From positions 1 through 64,000 of IMG/VR virus record IMGVR_UViG_2915066250_000005: a stretch of DNA of 64,000 nt; one strand, written 5' to 3'. Each line of letters starts with the position of its first letter. Position 1 is the stretch's first letter. Below are positions 38,230-47,244 of the stretch, one piece after another. The position numbers and the translations under genes were made by a program. This DNA is from a virus. Taxonomy: Duplodnaviria > Caudoviricetes. The notes under the pieces were generated by a model, which was not told the DNA's origin, did no database searches, and was given only the letters and a program-made list of their open reading frames with translations.

Positions 38230-39986
38230 TTTTTCTCACTCCTTATCTTCTTCATTCTCTCGCTTGCTTCTTTTCTGTGTTCCTCATTTTTCCAGTATTC
38301 ATGCATTTGAAGAATCTGCTTTTCGTGTCTTTCCTTAGTCCAAGGAGTACCACGTTTTTTCTCAAGATATTCTTTTGTTTCCTCGTGGCTATCTTTGAAC
38401 TTAAACCTTACTTTATTATCAGCAATGTAGATCCTTTGGATTTTTTCATCCATTACCTTCTCATCAAACTCATCAAGTTCTAACACCTCACATAATAGCT
38501 TTTTAAGCGTTCCTTCTTGAATTGAGTTATGTGGGCATTCACTTCTTTTTGTTCTGCATGAAAGGTATGTTATTTTCTCCCCTGTCTTTAGTGTTGTTTT
38601 CAGAGCATTAAATGAATTACCACATCTATCACATTCAATTAGTCCTGTGAAAGGTGTAGCTGGATTTTTTCTATGATAATTATGTTTATTTTTTCTTTGC
38701 TCCGATATTTTTGCTCTAACCTCTTCAGTAAAATATTTCTTCCTATCTATCTTTCTATATGGTTTTTCAACTATTCTTCCATTTGTAAGGTAGAATATAA
38801 ATTTTTCTTTTCCTATTACATCAACGTGGTCTATCTCTTTAGTAAAAAGCTTGGAATCATACTCTTCAATTTCTAAAACTTCACAGATAATTTCTTTTAT
38901 TAGCCTATCGTTTATATCTCCGGTATGACATGGATTACCGTGTCCTGCTTTTCTCGTGGCACAAACCCAATACTTGTTTTTCCCATTTACTAAATTTCTA
39001 ACACTACTTTGAAAATTCTTACCACAATGTGGGCATCGTATCTTTCCGGTCATTTCAGTTGTAGGTATGGCAGGGTTACCAATTGCCCCAGCAAGTCTCC
39101 TTCTTTCCATTTCAATCTGCACTTTGTCATAGGTTTCTTTTGGAATAATTGCCTCATGTGTATTTTCTACATAATATTGAGGTAGTTCACCCCTATTGAG
39201 CTTTCGCTTTTTAGTAATTGGATCAACTACATATTCTTTTTGGAATAGCAGGTTTCCTGTGTAAGTGATATTTCTTAGAATTACTTTTATGTTAGAATCT
39301 ACCCACCTATAGCCTCGCCTAGTTGTTATCCCTTCTTTAGCAAACATCTTCTCAATCTGCATTCTTGATTTTCCAGAAAGATATTCTGAATATATTCTTC
39401 TTACAATCTCAGCCTCTTCTTCTACAATTACGAGTTTATCGCCTTCCCAAACATATCCGAATACATTAAATCTTCCGTTTGGTATGCCTTGTTTAAATCT
39501 TTTTACTGTCCCCCATTTCACGTTTTCTGAAATGGATCTTGATTCTTCCTGTGCAAATGAAGCTAGGATGGAAAGCATAAGCTCACCATCACCACTTAAT
39601 GAATTTATGTTTTCATTTTCAAATCTAACTTCAATTCCCTTTGATTTAAGGTGTCTTACTACTTCCAAAAGGTCAACTGTATTTCTAGCAAAACGCTTGA
39701 TGGATTTTGTAAGGATAATGTCGATATTTCCCTTTTCACACTCTTCCATCATTTCCATAAAGCCTGGTCTTTTAGCTGTACTTGTTCCTGATATACCATA
39801 ATCAGAATAAACGCCTTTAAATTCCCATTCAGGATTATTTTGAATAAGTTTGCTGTAATAACTTATCTGTGCAGATAAGGAATGCTTAAGTCTATCAGTT
39901 TCCATAGATACTCTGGCATAGGCAGCAACCTTTTTTCTTGTTTCGATGAGTGGCTTTTTCACATCGATTTTTTGTACTTTTTTCAT
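38211..39986 (-). CDS. Large serine recombinase 2A
   Basis: YARVSMET, TKSIKRFARN, two zinc ribbons; paralogue of 32028-33761. Confidence 0.93.
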   Translation of the reverse strand: MKKVQKIDVKKPLIETRKKVAAYARVSMETDRLKHSLSAQISYYSKLIQNNPEWEFKGVYSDYGISGTSTAKRPGFMEMMEECEKGNIDIILTKSIKRFARNTVDLLEVVRHLKSKGIEVRFENENINSLSGDGELMLSILASFAQEESRSISENVKWGTVKRFKQGIPNGRFNVFGYVWEGDKLVIVEEEAEIVRRIYSEYLSGKSRMQIEKMFAKEGITTRRGYRWVDSNIKVILRNITYTGNLLFQKEYVVDPITKKRKLNRGELPQYYVENTHEAIIPKETYDKVQIEMERRRLAGAIGNPAIPTTEMTGKIRCPHCGKNFQSSVRNLVNGKNKYWVCATRKAGHGNPCHTGDINDRLIKEIICEVLEIEEYDSKLFTKEIDHVDVIGKEKFIFYLTNGRIVEKPYRKIDRKKYFTEEVRAKISEQRKNKHNYHRKNPATPFTGLIECDRCGNSFNALKTTLKTGEKITYLSCRTKRSECPHNSIQEGTLKKLLCEVLELDEFDEKVMDEKIQRIYIADNKVRFKFKDSHEETKEYLEKKRGTPWTKERHEKQILQMHEYWKNEEHRKEASERMKKIRSEKKWSIRK

Positions 39987-40029
39987 TGGTCTACCTCCTT
40001 TGTCAGTGTATATATATCACTCTAAACGC

Positions 40030-40215
40030 TTAATTTATCAAGTCATTTAGTGAGAAAAGCTCCCCTATAAATGGATGATATTTTTCCAGTAAGATACAAT
40101 TCATTTCTTCGAATTCTTCCTTATTTATAATGTGATTTTTGAGCATTTTTACAGCAATGGAGACAGATAATTGATACATCATTTCAGCGTGTTCCTCTTT
40201 ATTCATCACCATCAC
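40030..40215 (-). CDS. SHOCT-like small protein
   Basis: KMLKNHIINKEEF...LLEKYHP. Confidence 0.7.
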   Translation of the reverse strand: MMVMNKEEHAEMMYQLSVSIAVKMLKNHIINKEEFEEMNCILLEKYHPFIGELFSLNDLIN

Positions 40216-40600
40216 CGCCTCTAAACCTATCCTCTATATAGCAGGTATGACAGCAGTATTTTCTGTTTTCATGAGGATAGGCTTTAAATGGTTTATGGCA
40301 ATTAAGACAGGTATGTTCTTCAAGTTTTGTCTTATCTAGCTTTATCCTATTTTTATTCCACCATTTTCTTTTACAACTTTCACTGCAGAAGATCTTTTTC
40401 TTGGTATGCTCTTTTTGAATGATTTCATTTCCACACTCTTTGCAATAACACTTCTTAGGAGTAAAAAATCCGGCTAAGTTGTTATTTCTACAGAACGATT
40501 TAATGGTATTTACACTTATTCCAAGTTCATTTGAGATTTTCTTATATCCTAGGCCTTCTTCTCTAAGTTCTTTTATCTTTTCTTTTTCTTCTAAATTCAT
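40199..40600 (-). CDS. HTH plus zinc-finger protein of the recombinase module
   Basis: LREEGLGYKKISNELGISVNTIKSFCR followed by two Cys clusters. Confidence 0.82.
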   Translation of the reverse strand: MNLEEKEKIKELREEGLGYKKISNELGISVNTIKSFCRNNNLAGFFTPKKCYCKECGNEIIQKEHTKKKIFCSESCKRKWWNKNRIKLDKTKLEEHTCLNCHKPFKAYPHENRKYCCHTCYIEDRFRGGDGDE

Positions 40601-40612
40601 AAAGGCTACCTC

Positions 40613-40646
40613 CTATTAGGTAGCCTTGGGAAAGGTCAAAATCTGA
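40613..40646 (-). promoter_or_regulatory. Element-2 motif copy B (upstream of the recombinase operon)
   Basis: Forward CTATTAGGTAGCCTTGGGA-AAGGTCAAAATCTGA; near-identical copy at 45211-45244. Confidence 0.6.
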
Positions 40647-40654
40647 CGCTTCTA

Positions 40655-42649
40655 TTAATCTTTTTTATAAAATTCACATTCATAACCATCTGCACGAAGA
40701 AGCAACCCCTTAGCCCAAGGTGGTGTTCTTCCCATTTGCTCACATACCATAGAAAGACTCATTCTTTTATCAGCCTCTATTATTATTTCATCATGGATAT
40801 GTGCTACTATCTGGCAGTTTCTTAATGTCTTCATAGCAAAGAGCAAAATATCTCTTGCAGTTCCCTGAATAATATTTTCTACAAACTTAGGACCATAACT
40901 TTCTAGTCTTTCCCACTTTTTTGCATTCCCGACTCCTTCATAAGTAACTGACTCACCACCGAATCTATTCTCACCAATTCTAGGTTTTACATAGGCAAGT
41001 TTTCTTCCTGAAGGAAGTTCAATAAAAAGGAATCCACTTTTCCATGAAAACTTTATGCCATGAGTTTCCGTTTCTATTCTTTGCTTAATACAGATTTTGA
41101 CTGCTCTATCCACATCCCACCAAAGACTTGTAATCATAGGATTTGAATTTCTCCATGCATCTACAAGTGGCTGTAGTTCTTCTTCAACAAGTCCCATTTC
41201 AAGTGCTCCCATAGCTTTTAAGGCGCCCACCGAACCACCATAGCCAAGTGCAAGTTCTGCGATTTTACCTTTTTGTCTAAGGTGGCTATTTATACCATGC
41301 TTTTCAACAGGGACTCCAAACATCTGACTAGCAGATGAACAGTAGATATCTTTACCTTCTTCAAAGACCTTCATTCTCCATTTTTCTCCTGCAAGCCATG
41401 CAAGGACTCTCGCTTCAATGGCTGAAAAGTCAGCTACTATGAATTTGTTATTGTTCTGAGGTACGAAGGCAGTTCTAATCAGTTGAGATAAGGTATCTGG
41501 GATATCTTCATATAAAATTTCAAGAGCATCTACATTTTCTTCTCTTACAAGTGCTCTAGCATCAGCTAAATCTGGCAGATGGTTTTGTGGTAGGTTTTGT
41601 AACTGAACAAGCCTTCCTGCAAATCTTCCAGTTCTATTTGCACCATAATAACGAAACATTCCTCTTTCCCTATTGTCTGTGCAGGCAGCATTTTTCATGG
41701 CTGTATACTTCTTAACAGAAGACTTTGATAACTGCTGTCTTAAAGTAAGAACCTCAGCAAGTTCTTTTGATGCAGTCTTTATTTCTTTTGCTACTTCCTT
41801 TTTGCCTAGAGACTCCATTTCAAGTCCATGCTCCGATAACCAGTTTCTCATCTGAAGAACTGAGTTAGGATTTTCAAGTCCAGTAATTTCTGTTAGCTTT
41901 TGCATAAGACTAGCCTTTACACCAGTATCTAATTTGATTGCCGAATCAACAAGAACAGGATCAATAGCGATTCCTCTATCGTTGATTTCTTGGTCTAAAT
42001 AAAACTCATCCCATATATCTCCTGACACAGGAAATCTCGATAATTTCTCTTGAATTCCCATCTCAACTTCCACATCACGCTTGTTATATGATTTGAATTG
42101 TTCCCATTTTACTTCATCATGAAAGTACAGATTCCTTGTTCTTCCTTCGTTAGTTTTTGTCGGAGTGCAGGGTACACAAAAATACTTGATTAGGTTTTTA
42201 CCTTCGCTTAATTTCTGCTTATCAAGTCCTAGCACAGCACCCACTCCTTCAAGGGATAAGGGAAGTCCTAGTGTTGCTGACCAAATCATGGTGCATTTCC
42301 AAGATGTCGGATTTAAAAACATCGCCATTGATGTACTAAGTTCATGATTATCATAGAAAGGATCTAGACTGGTGCCTTTATCTCTTAAAAATCTTGATAA
42401 ACAAACCCTCTCAAATTGTGCATTAAATGCCCATTTGCTTATTTTTTTATCTGTAAGAGCATCCAGTATTTCAGAAGGGATTTCCTCTCCTTTTGCTAAA
42501 TCTATGACTTTAACATCACTACCATCAATGCTGTAAGCAAATAAGAGTATTTCAAAATCATCGGATTCGGCATATTTATATACACCACACTTTTTAAGGT
42601 CTACGCTGCTATAGGTTTCAATGTCTATACTGATAGTTTCCATCTTCAT
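40655..42649 (-). CDS. Family A phage DNA polymerase (second copy; probable start 42649)
   Basis: IDIETYS, GRFAG, DFSAIEAR, HIHDEII; RBS GGAGGTG. Confidence 0.93.
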   Translation of the reverse strand: MKMETISIDIETYSSVDLKKCGVYKYAESDDFEILLFAYSIDGSDVKVIDLAKGEEIPSEILDALTDKKISKWAFNAQFERVCLSRFLRDKGTSLDPFYDNHELSTSMAMFLNPTSWKCTMIWSATLGLPLSLEGVGAVLGLDKQKLSEGKNLIKYFCVPCTPTKTNEGRTRNLYFHDEVKWEQFKSYNKRDVEVEMGIQEKLSRFPVSGDIWDEFYLDQEINDRGIAIDPVLVDSAIKLDTGVKASLMQKLTEITGLENPNSVLQMRNWLSEHGLEMESLGKKEVAKEIKTASKELAEVLTLRQQLSKSSVKKYTAMKNAACTDNRERGMFRYYGANRTGRFAGRLVQLQNLPQNHLPDLADARALVREENVDALEILYEDIPDTLSQLIRTAFVPQNNNKFIVADFSAIEARVLAWLAGEKWRMKVFEEGKDIYCSSASQMFGVPVEKHGINSHLRQKGKIAELALGYGGSVGALKAMGALEMGLVEEELQPLVDAWRNSNPMITSLWWDVDRAVKICIKQRIETETHGIKFSWKSGFLFIELPSGRKLAYVKPRIGENRFGGESVTYEGVGNAKKWERLESYGPKFVENIIQGTARDILLFAMKTLRNCQIVAHIHDEIIIEADKRMSLSMVCEQMGRTPPWAKGLLLRADGYECEFYKKD

Positions 42650-42695
42650 CACCTCCAATAAAAATAAGGGTGGCAGATTAGTGCCACCCACCATG

Positions 42696-42812
42696 TTACT
42701 TTCTGTTTATCTTTTCTCTGATGTCTAGATAAAGACTTACCAGTGTTTTTGCTACAAAATCGAAGAGCCAAGTTCCAATGAAGATAGCAACAAATATATC
42801 AATCAAATTCAT
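42696..42812 (-). CDS. 38-aa hydrophobic peptide (below the ORF-track cutoff)
   Basis: Hand-translated MNLIDIFVAIFIGTWLFDFVAKTLVSLYLDIREKINRK. Confidence 0.45.
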   Translation of the reverse strand: MNLIDIFVAIFIGTWLFDFVAKTLVSLYLDIREKINRK

Positions 42813-42816
42813 GTTA

Positions 42817-42951
42817 CTATTGCTCCTTCTTTTTCTTCTTTTCCTTGCGATCCTTTATCCATTCTTTAATCAGAAACCACCATGAGCCTAAGATTAGTCC
42901 TACGGTTGCCCCAAAGCATACGGATAACATCATACTTTCTACTTTAGTCAT
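42817..42951 (-). CDS. 44-aa membrane peptide (below the ORF-track cutoff)
   Basis: RBS GGAGGTG; MTKVESMMLSVCFGATVGLILGSWWFLIKEW followed by a basic tail. Confidence 0.5.
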   Translation of the reverse strand: MTKVESMMLSVCFGATVGLILGSWWFLIKEWIKDRKEKKKKKEQ

Positions 42952-42961
42952 AACGCACCTC

Positions 42962-43510
42962 CTAAGCTAAGAAGTCATCATCTTCAAGGCTTGTAAAATC
43001 ATCAGCAGCATTACTTCTTCCACCAAGTGGCTCACCATCTCTAATCTTTTGAATGTTTCCAAGACCGCAGGCAATTCCCTTATTACCATTTGAGTTAAAA
43101 GCATAAAAGCTAATGGATACACGAGCATAACAACCTGAATATAATTCACTTCTATCAAGGATAGGTTTTACAGCTTTATCTACAATTTGAGGTGCTGTTA
43201 CGCTATTTGCGTTGATGAAATAATGACCTTTATATGCCTCATCATCACGCTCAATATCTCCATCTCGAAGAGGCAATTTAATAGCAGCCTTGTTTGGTTT
43301 CTTTCCACCAAACTTCCCGATTCCTTCTTCGATTGCAGCATCAATCTCCTTTTCAATTGCAGTAATTGTTTCTTTGTCATCCTTTGGAATAAGAATAGAT
43401 ACACTATACTTCTCAGGTCCTCCATTAATTGACTTTGGCTCCCAGCCATTAAAATATGAAAGTCTTGTGTCTTTTCCTGTGATTACCTTTGTTCTACTAA
43501 TATTTGCCAT
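42962..43510 (-). CDS. DUF2815 ssDNA-binding protein
   Basis: Paralogue of 21886-22473; acidic tail DDDFLA. Confidence 0.88.
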   Translation of the reverse strand: MANISRTKVITGKDTRLSYFNGWEPKSINGGPEKYSVSILIPKDDKETITAIEKEIDAAIEEGIGKFGGKKPNKAAIKLPLRDGDIERDDEAYKGHYFINANSVTAPQIVDKAVKPILDRSELYSGCYARVSISFYAFNSNGNKGIACGLGNIQKIRDGEPLGGRSNAADDFTSLEDDDFLA

Positions 43511-43511
43511 T

Positions 43512-44651
43512 TTAATTTTCCTCCGTTATTTCATTAAATTCGTTTTTAGCATTTGTTACATTTACTTTCTGACGCTTATCTGAGTTTGGTACAAGTGTCA
43601 GTTTTCCAGGTGGTTTGATAATGAGGTCACCTAGAATATCCTCAAATTTCTTCTTTCCCATTAGTTTTTGCATTTCAGTAAGTGTAATAAGACTGGTTTT
43701 AAAGATATCGGAATAGCCATTTTCTTTCGCCTTTTCTATTACTGCGTTTTCATCCTTATACTTTCTTACAGACCTACCCTCTACAACCTTATAGCCATCC
43801 CACTCTTTACCATGATTAACTGCCATATCTGTAGCATAAGCTAAGATGCTATTTGCCCATGAAGTCAAATCCGGAATAACCACTAGAATTTCTTCTACTT
43901 CAGCATCTGTTAATAGTGGTGGCAGTTTAAACTCATCCTTTGCAAGTTTCAGCTTTTCTTCCGCCCTTGCTCTACACCTAACTGCAGCCTTACAAAATTT
44001 GCACCAATCACCTGAGCAATATTCTCCCTCACCCTTTATAGCCAAATCTGCCCTAGGTTTTAGAACTTCCTCTGCCCACTTCTTTAGTTCGCTTGCAGAA
44101 ATCGTCCAAGTAGAAACATTCTCTCTTCGTGGCTGAAAGATTGACATACTAACTTCTTTTATGTCATATAGGCTTTCATAAATTGAAAGTGCTCCAAGTG
44201 CATAGCATTTCATTTGTGAATTCTCATAGGCATCAACAAGAACTCCCTGTCCGTATTTAAAGTCAATGATGGAAAGCCTATCATCTGAAACGATCAAGCA
44301 ATCTGCAGTTCCAAATCCATCTGGAACATACTCCGAAAAATCCACTTTCTGTTCAATCAGAATAGCCGGATCCTTACACTTCTGTTTGGCTAATTCATAT
44401 TGCTCCAAAACAAAATCCACATAGGCATCAGTACATTCTTGCATTTCATCGGAATCATAATCGGATACAGGTCGTTTACTTCGCATCTTCAATGCCTTTT
44501 TTAGTTTGTGCTCACAAAAGGCGTGTGCCGCTGTTCCTTCTTCTGCTGCAGATGAACTGGTGTTTTCAAACTCCAGCTCAAGCACAGCACTTGGTGTACA
44601 GTTAAGCCACCTATGGGAGCTTGATGGAGATAAAATTGCGTGTTTATTCAA
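43512..44651 (-). CDS. DUF2800 PD-(D/E)XK nuclease
   Basis: Paralogue of 22439-23548; GTADC, IDFKYG. Confidence 0.88.
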   Translation of the reverse strand: MNKHAILSPSSSHRWLNCTPSAVLELEFENTSSSAAEEGTAAHAFCEHKLKKALKMRSKRPVSDYDSDEMQECTDAYVDFVLEQYELAKQKCKDPAILIEQKVDFSEYVPDGFGTADCLIVSDDRLSIIDFKYGQGVLVDAYENSQMKCYALGALSIYESLYDIKEVSMSIFQPRRENVSTWTISASELKKWAEEVLKPRADLAIKGEGEYCSGDWCKFCKAAVRCRARAEEKLKLAKDEFKLPPLLTDAEVEEILVVIPDLTSWANSILAYATDMAVNHGKEWDGYKVVEGRSVRKYKDENAVIEKAKENGYSDIFKTSLITLTEMQKLMGKKKFEDILGDLIIKPPGKLTLVPNSDKRQKVNVTNAKNEFNEITEEN

Positions 44652-44982
44652 TTTTGATTTCCTCCGCTTCTTTTAATAGCTGACTGTAGTTTTCCTTTGG
44701 AACATCTGATAACTTCGTCCCACCGAACTTTACAATCAGTTCTTTTACCTCTGCAGTTTTCCCATGCTGACTTAGTTTTGCAAGAACTGCCCTTACATCT
44801 TCAAGGTTAAGTTTTTTTGCCTCCGGCAAAGCATTTACTTGCTTTTCCTCAATCACTTTTGCATCTGCTTCAATATAAGTAGTATCCTTATAGGTAATTG
44901 CAATTGACTCTACTACATCAGCCAAAGACCTCAGTAATTTTGATGCATCCATCATTAAGTCGTACTTTTGTTTGGTATCCAC
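44644..44982 (-). CDS. Conserved phage early protein (rrp5-like label)
   Basis: LEDVRAVLAKLSQHGKTAEVKELIVKFGGTKLS. Confidence 0.75.
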   Translation of the reverse strand: MDTKQKYDLMMDASKLLRSLADVVESIAITYKDTTYIEADAKVIEEKQVNALPEAKKLNLEDVRAVLAKLSQHGKTAEVKELIVKFGGTKLSDVPKENYSQLLKEAEEIKIE

Positions 44983-45170
44983 TATCTCTCACCCCCTTCA
45001 TTTTGAATGGAAATCTCATCAATCCTATTGCTTGGAATAAAAACCATAATGTCTGATTTCTTTCCAAGGAAAAATCTGATGAGTCTTTCCCTTAACTTGA
45101 TGGTCTTGCAATTGGCATATCCATCTGCTTTTGGTTCTTTTGAAACACTGATTAGAAGTTTATGTTTCAT
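44982..45170 (-). CDS. Small phage protein (probable start MKHKL at 45170)
   Basis: RBS GGAGGT before the ATG; coupled to the downstream gene. Confidence 0.6.
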   Translation of the reverse strand: MKHKLLISVSKEPKADGYANCKTIKLRERLIRFFLGKKSDIMVFIPSNRIDEISIQNEGGER

Positions 45171-45210
45171 TTTTCTACCTCCATTTCTGAAGGACTTTTC
45201 TTTTGCCCTT

Positions 45211-45244
45211 CTATTAGGTAGCCTTGGGAGAAGGTAAAATCTGA
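45211..45244 (-). promoter_or_regulatory. Element-2 motif copy A (upstream of the DNA polymerase module)
   Basis: Forward CTATTAGGTAGCCTTGGGA-GAAGGTAAAATCTGA. Confidence 0.6.
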
Positions 45245-45263
45245 TGGTATTTATAAAAAATTT

Positions 45264-45305
45264 CAAAAAAAATAATGCCTACCAAGGATTTCTCCCCAGT
45301 AGGCA
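45264..45305 (-). terminator. Terminator after the endolysin
   Basis: TGCCTAC/GTAGGCA stem with a T-run on the minus strand. Confidence 0.65.
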
Positions 45306-45319
45306 CTGTTTTTAATTAG

Positions 45320-46306
45320 TTATAAGAGTTCATTTACTCGTCTTTGTACTGCGTTATAGTCATATCCGGCTCTTTCAAGTCTGTTCTTTCTATCTTGACC
45401 ATTGCCCCAATCACCTCGGATAACTTCACGAGCTAGGGTGTCAATAGATTTTCCAGTTGGTTTATTGCTACCACCAGATAAAATTTCGTTTACTCTGTTT
45501 TGAACAGAATTGTAGTTATAGCCTGCAGATGTAAGACGGTTTACTCTGTCCTGTCCATTACCCCAGTTTCCTGCAATTACCTCTCTTGCTAAAGTATCTA
45601 CAGATTTAGATGGATCACTTGCTACAGGATAGACTGAGTTACCATTTGCATCATAAACAGAATATCCTGGATTTGCATCGGCACACTTCTTTGCATTATC
45701 TAAATTTCTAAATGCACCTTTTTGACTCTTTGCATCAGCCCATGACTTTCTTACTCTATAAAGGCTAGAACCTCCTGTGCTTGGTGCATTTGAACTACCA
45801 CCAGCAAGCCTTTTATTTACCTCGCTTGCAATATATGAGAACTTACTACCAAGATAAGGTCCCGGACAATTGGTATTGGCATACCACTCATGTTTTTGTA
45901 ATACACCATCTTTTCCACCTGTATAGGTACAATTCTTTATGCCATTTCTTTTACAGATATCTGTAACTAAATCAATCAAGGTAGCAAGGACTCTATCGCT
46001 TACAGGCCAATTGCCTCCGTTACTTGAATTGGCTACTTCAATAGTGATGGCTCTGTTATCACACCAAGAAGATGATGTACACCAAGAGCGGTTACTCTCA
46101 TCTACACATAAAACGATTTTATTATCATTTCCGATTCCATAATTACACGATGCCTGTCTTGAGGTCGGCTTAAAAATCTGACCGATAGTTGCTGCACTAA
46201 TTGCACCTGCTGTATGGTGAATAGCAATTTTTGTAATGGGCTGATTTCTTCGTCCACTATGGTTTGGACTGTAATTTACTATACTAACTAATGAACTGTT
46301 ACTCAT
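45320..46306 (-). CDS. Endolysin: Amidase_2 plus two Cpl-7 (CW_7) repeats
   Basis: IAIHHTA...ASCNYGI...ITIEVAN...H...T.CPG; two copies of LAREVI.G.WGNGQDR..RL..AGY.Y..VQ.RVN. Confidence 0.92.
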   Translation of the reverse strand: MSNSSLVSIVNYSPNHSGRRNQPITKIAIHHTAGAISAATIGQIFKPTSRQASCNYGIGNDNKIVLCVDESNRSWCTSSSWCDNRAITIEVANSSNGGNWPVSDRVLATLIDLVTDICKRNGIKNCTYTGGKDGVLQKHEWYANTNCPGPYLGSKFSYIASEVNKRLAGGSSNAPSTGGSSLYRVRKSWADAKSQKGAFRNLDNAKKCADANPGYSVYDANGNSVYPVASDPSKSVDTLAREVIAGNWGNGQDRVNRLTSAGYNYNSVQNRVNEILSGGSNKPTGKSIDTLAREVIRGDWGNGQDRKNRLERAGYDYNAVQRRVNELL

Positions 46307-46709
46307 GATTTTCCTCCTTATCGTTTAGCTGCTTTAATACTGCCTTTAGCTTTTCAGGAACAGGTAGTCCTAGATGAACGGAGTTTTCAATAAGTGATAG
46401 ACCCTCATTTGAAAGGTAAAAGAAAACCACTGCGGTTCTTAGTACACTTCCAGACTTAATCACCTGCACATCAATGATGTTGGCAATACCAACAAGCATA
46501 AAAATAAGCACCTTTCTAAAGATGCCCTTAAATCCAACTGTACTGGATAGTTTCTTATCTACCACAGCACACATCACCCCTGTGATGTAATCGATGACTA
46601 CAAATAAAATAAGTGCGATGATAAGTCCATCACACCCGCCTAAAAAATATCCAAGCCATCCTCCAACTGCCGTAAAGGCAAGTTGGCACATATTCCATAA
46701 TTCTTTCAT
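46299..46709 (-). CDS. Phage holin (family 4_1-like)
   Basis: Three TM segments; IDYITG, NEGLSLIEN...GLPVP. Confidence 0.9.
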   Translation of the reverse strand: MKELWNMCQLAFTAVGGWLGYFLGGCDGLIIALILFVVIDYITGVMCAVVDKKLSSTVGFKGIFRKVLIFMLVGIANIIDVQVIKSGSVLRTAVVFFYLSNEGLSLIENSVHLGLPVPEKLKAVLKQLNDKEENHE

Positions 46710-46710
46710 A

Positions 46711-47244
46711 CTACATTCCTCCTAATATCATACTTAAATCAACTGCTCTTATCATTGTGATAATAACAGGTAATTCCCTCTCCGGTTTTCTGCCAAAAAG
46801 ATAAATTCGCATTTTTCCATCAGTTTCCAACCTAAAATCAAGGTCTAAATCACTGGTAATATTACTGACTTTGTCATAATCAAGTTTAATAAAAGAAGCA
46901 ATACGTACATTTTCTTCCAGCTCTTGCCCCTGAAAAAACTCCATTATTTTGTCACAGTAGTAGATCCCATCTTCTAATTTCCACTCGTTCGGGTTTATAG
47001 AGAAAATTAGGACAACCGGTGTTATCTTTAATTCAAACTCCTCAAATATAGAGCGGTTTGCCTTTGCAAAATACTCCCTGTTGATTACTTCTTTTCCCTC
47101 GGAATTTGGTTCATACACAGGTGTTTCTACTGTCGGCTGTCCCTTAAAGGCAGGGCTTTCGATTGGTGCGAATCTTCCTTTTAGCTTAGCAAAGAACCTG
47201 TCTAAACCTTCTTTAGTTAAAAACTTCTTAGCCATAAGCATCAC
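46711..47244 (-). CDS. Tail fibre-associated protein
   Basis: FLTKEGLDRFFAKLK...APIESPAFKG.PT motif; located before the holin. Confidence 0.6.
   Translation of the reverse strand: MMLMAKKFLTKEGLDRFFAKLKGRFAPIESPAFKGQPTVETPVYEPNSEGKEVINREYFAKANRSIFEEFELKITPVVLIFSINPNEWKLEDGIYYCDKIMEFFQGQELEENVRIASFIKLDYDKVSNITSDLDLDFRLETDGKMRIYLFGRKPERELPVIITMIRAVDLSMILGGM

Noticed and set aside
43198-43449. Same-strand out-of-frame ORF inside the DUF2815 gene
   Set aside because: No clear RBS, and no equivalent long ORF in the paralogue at 21886-22473, unlike the nested ORF in the MTase.
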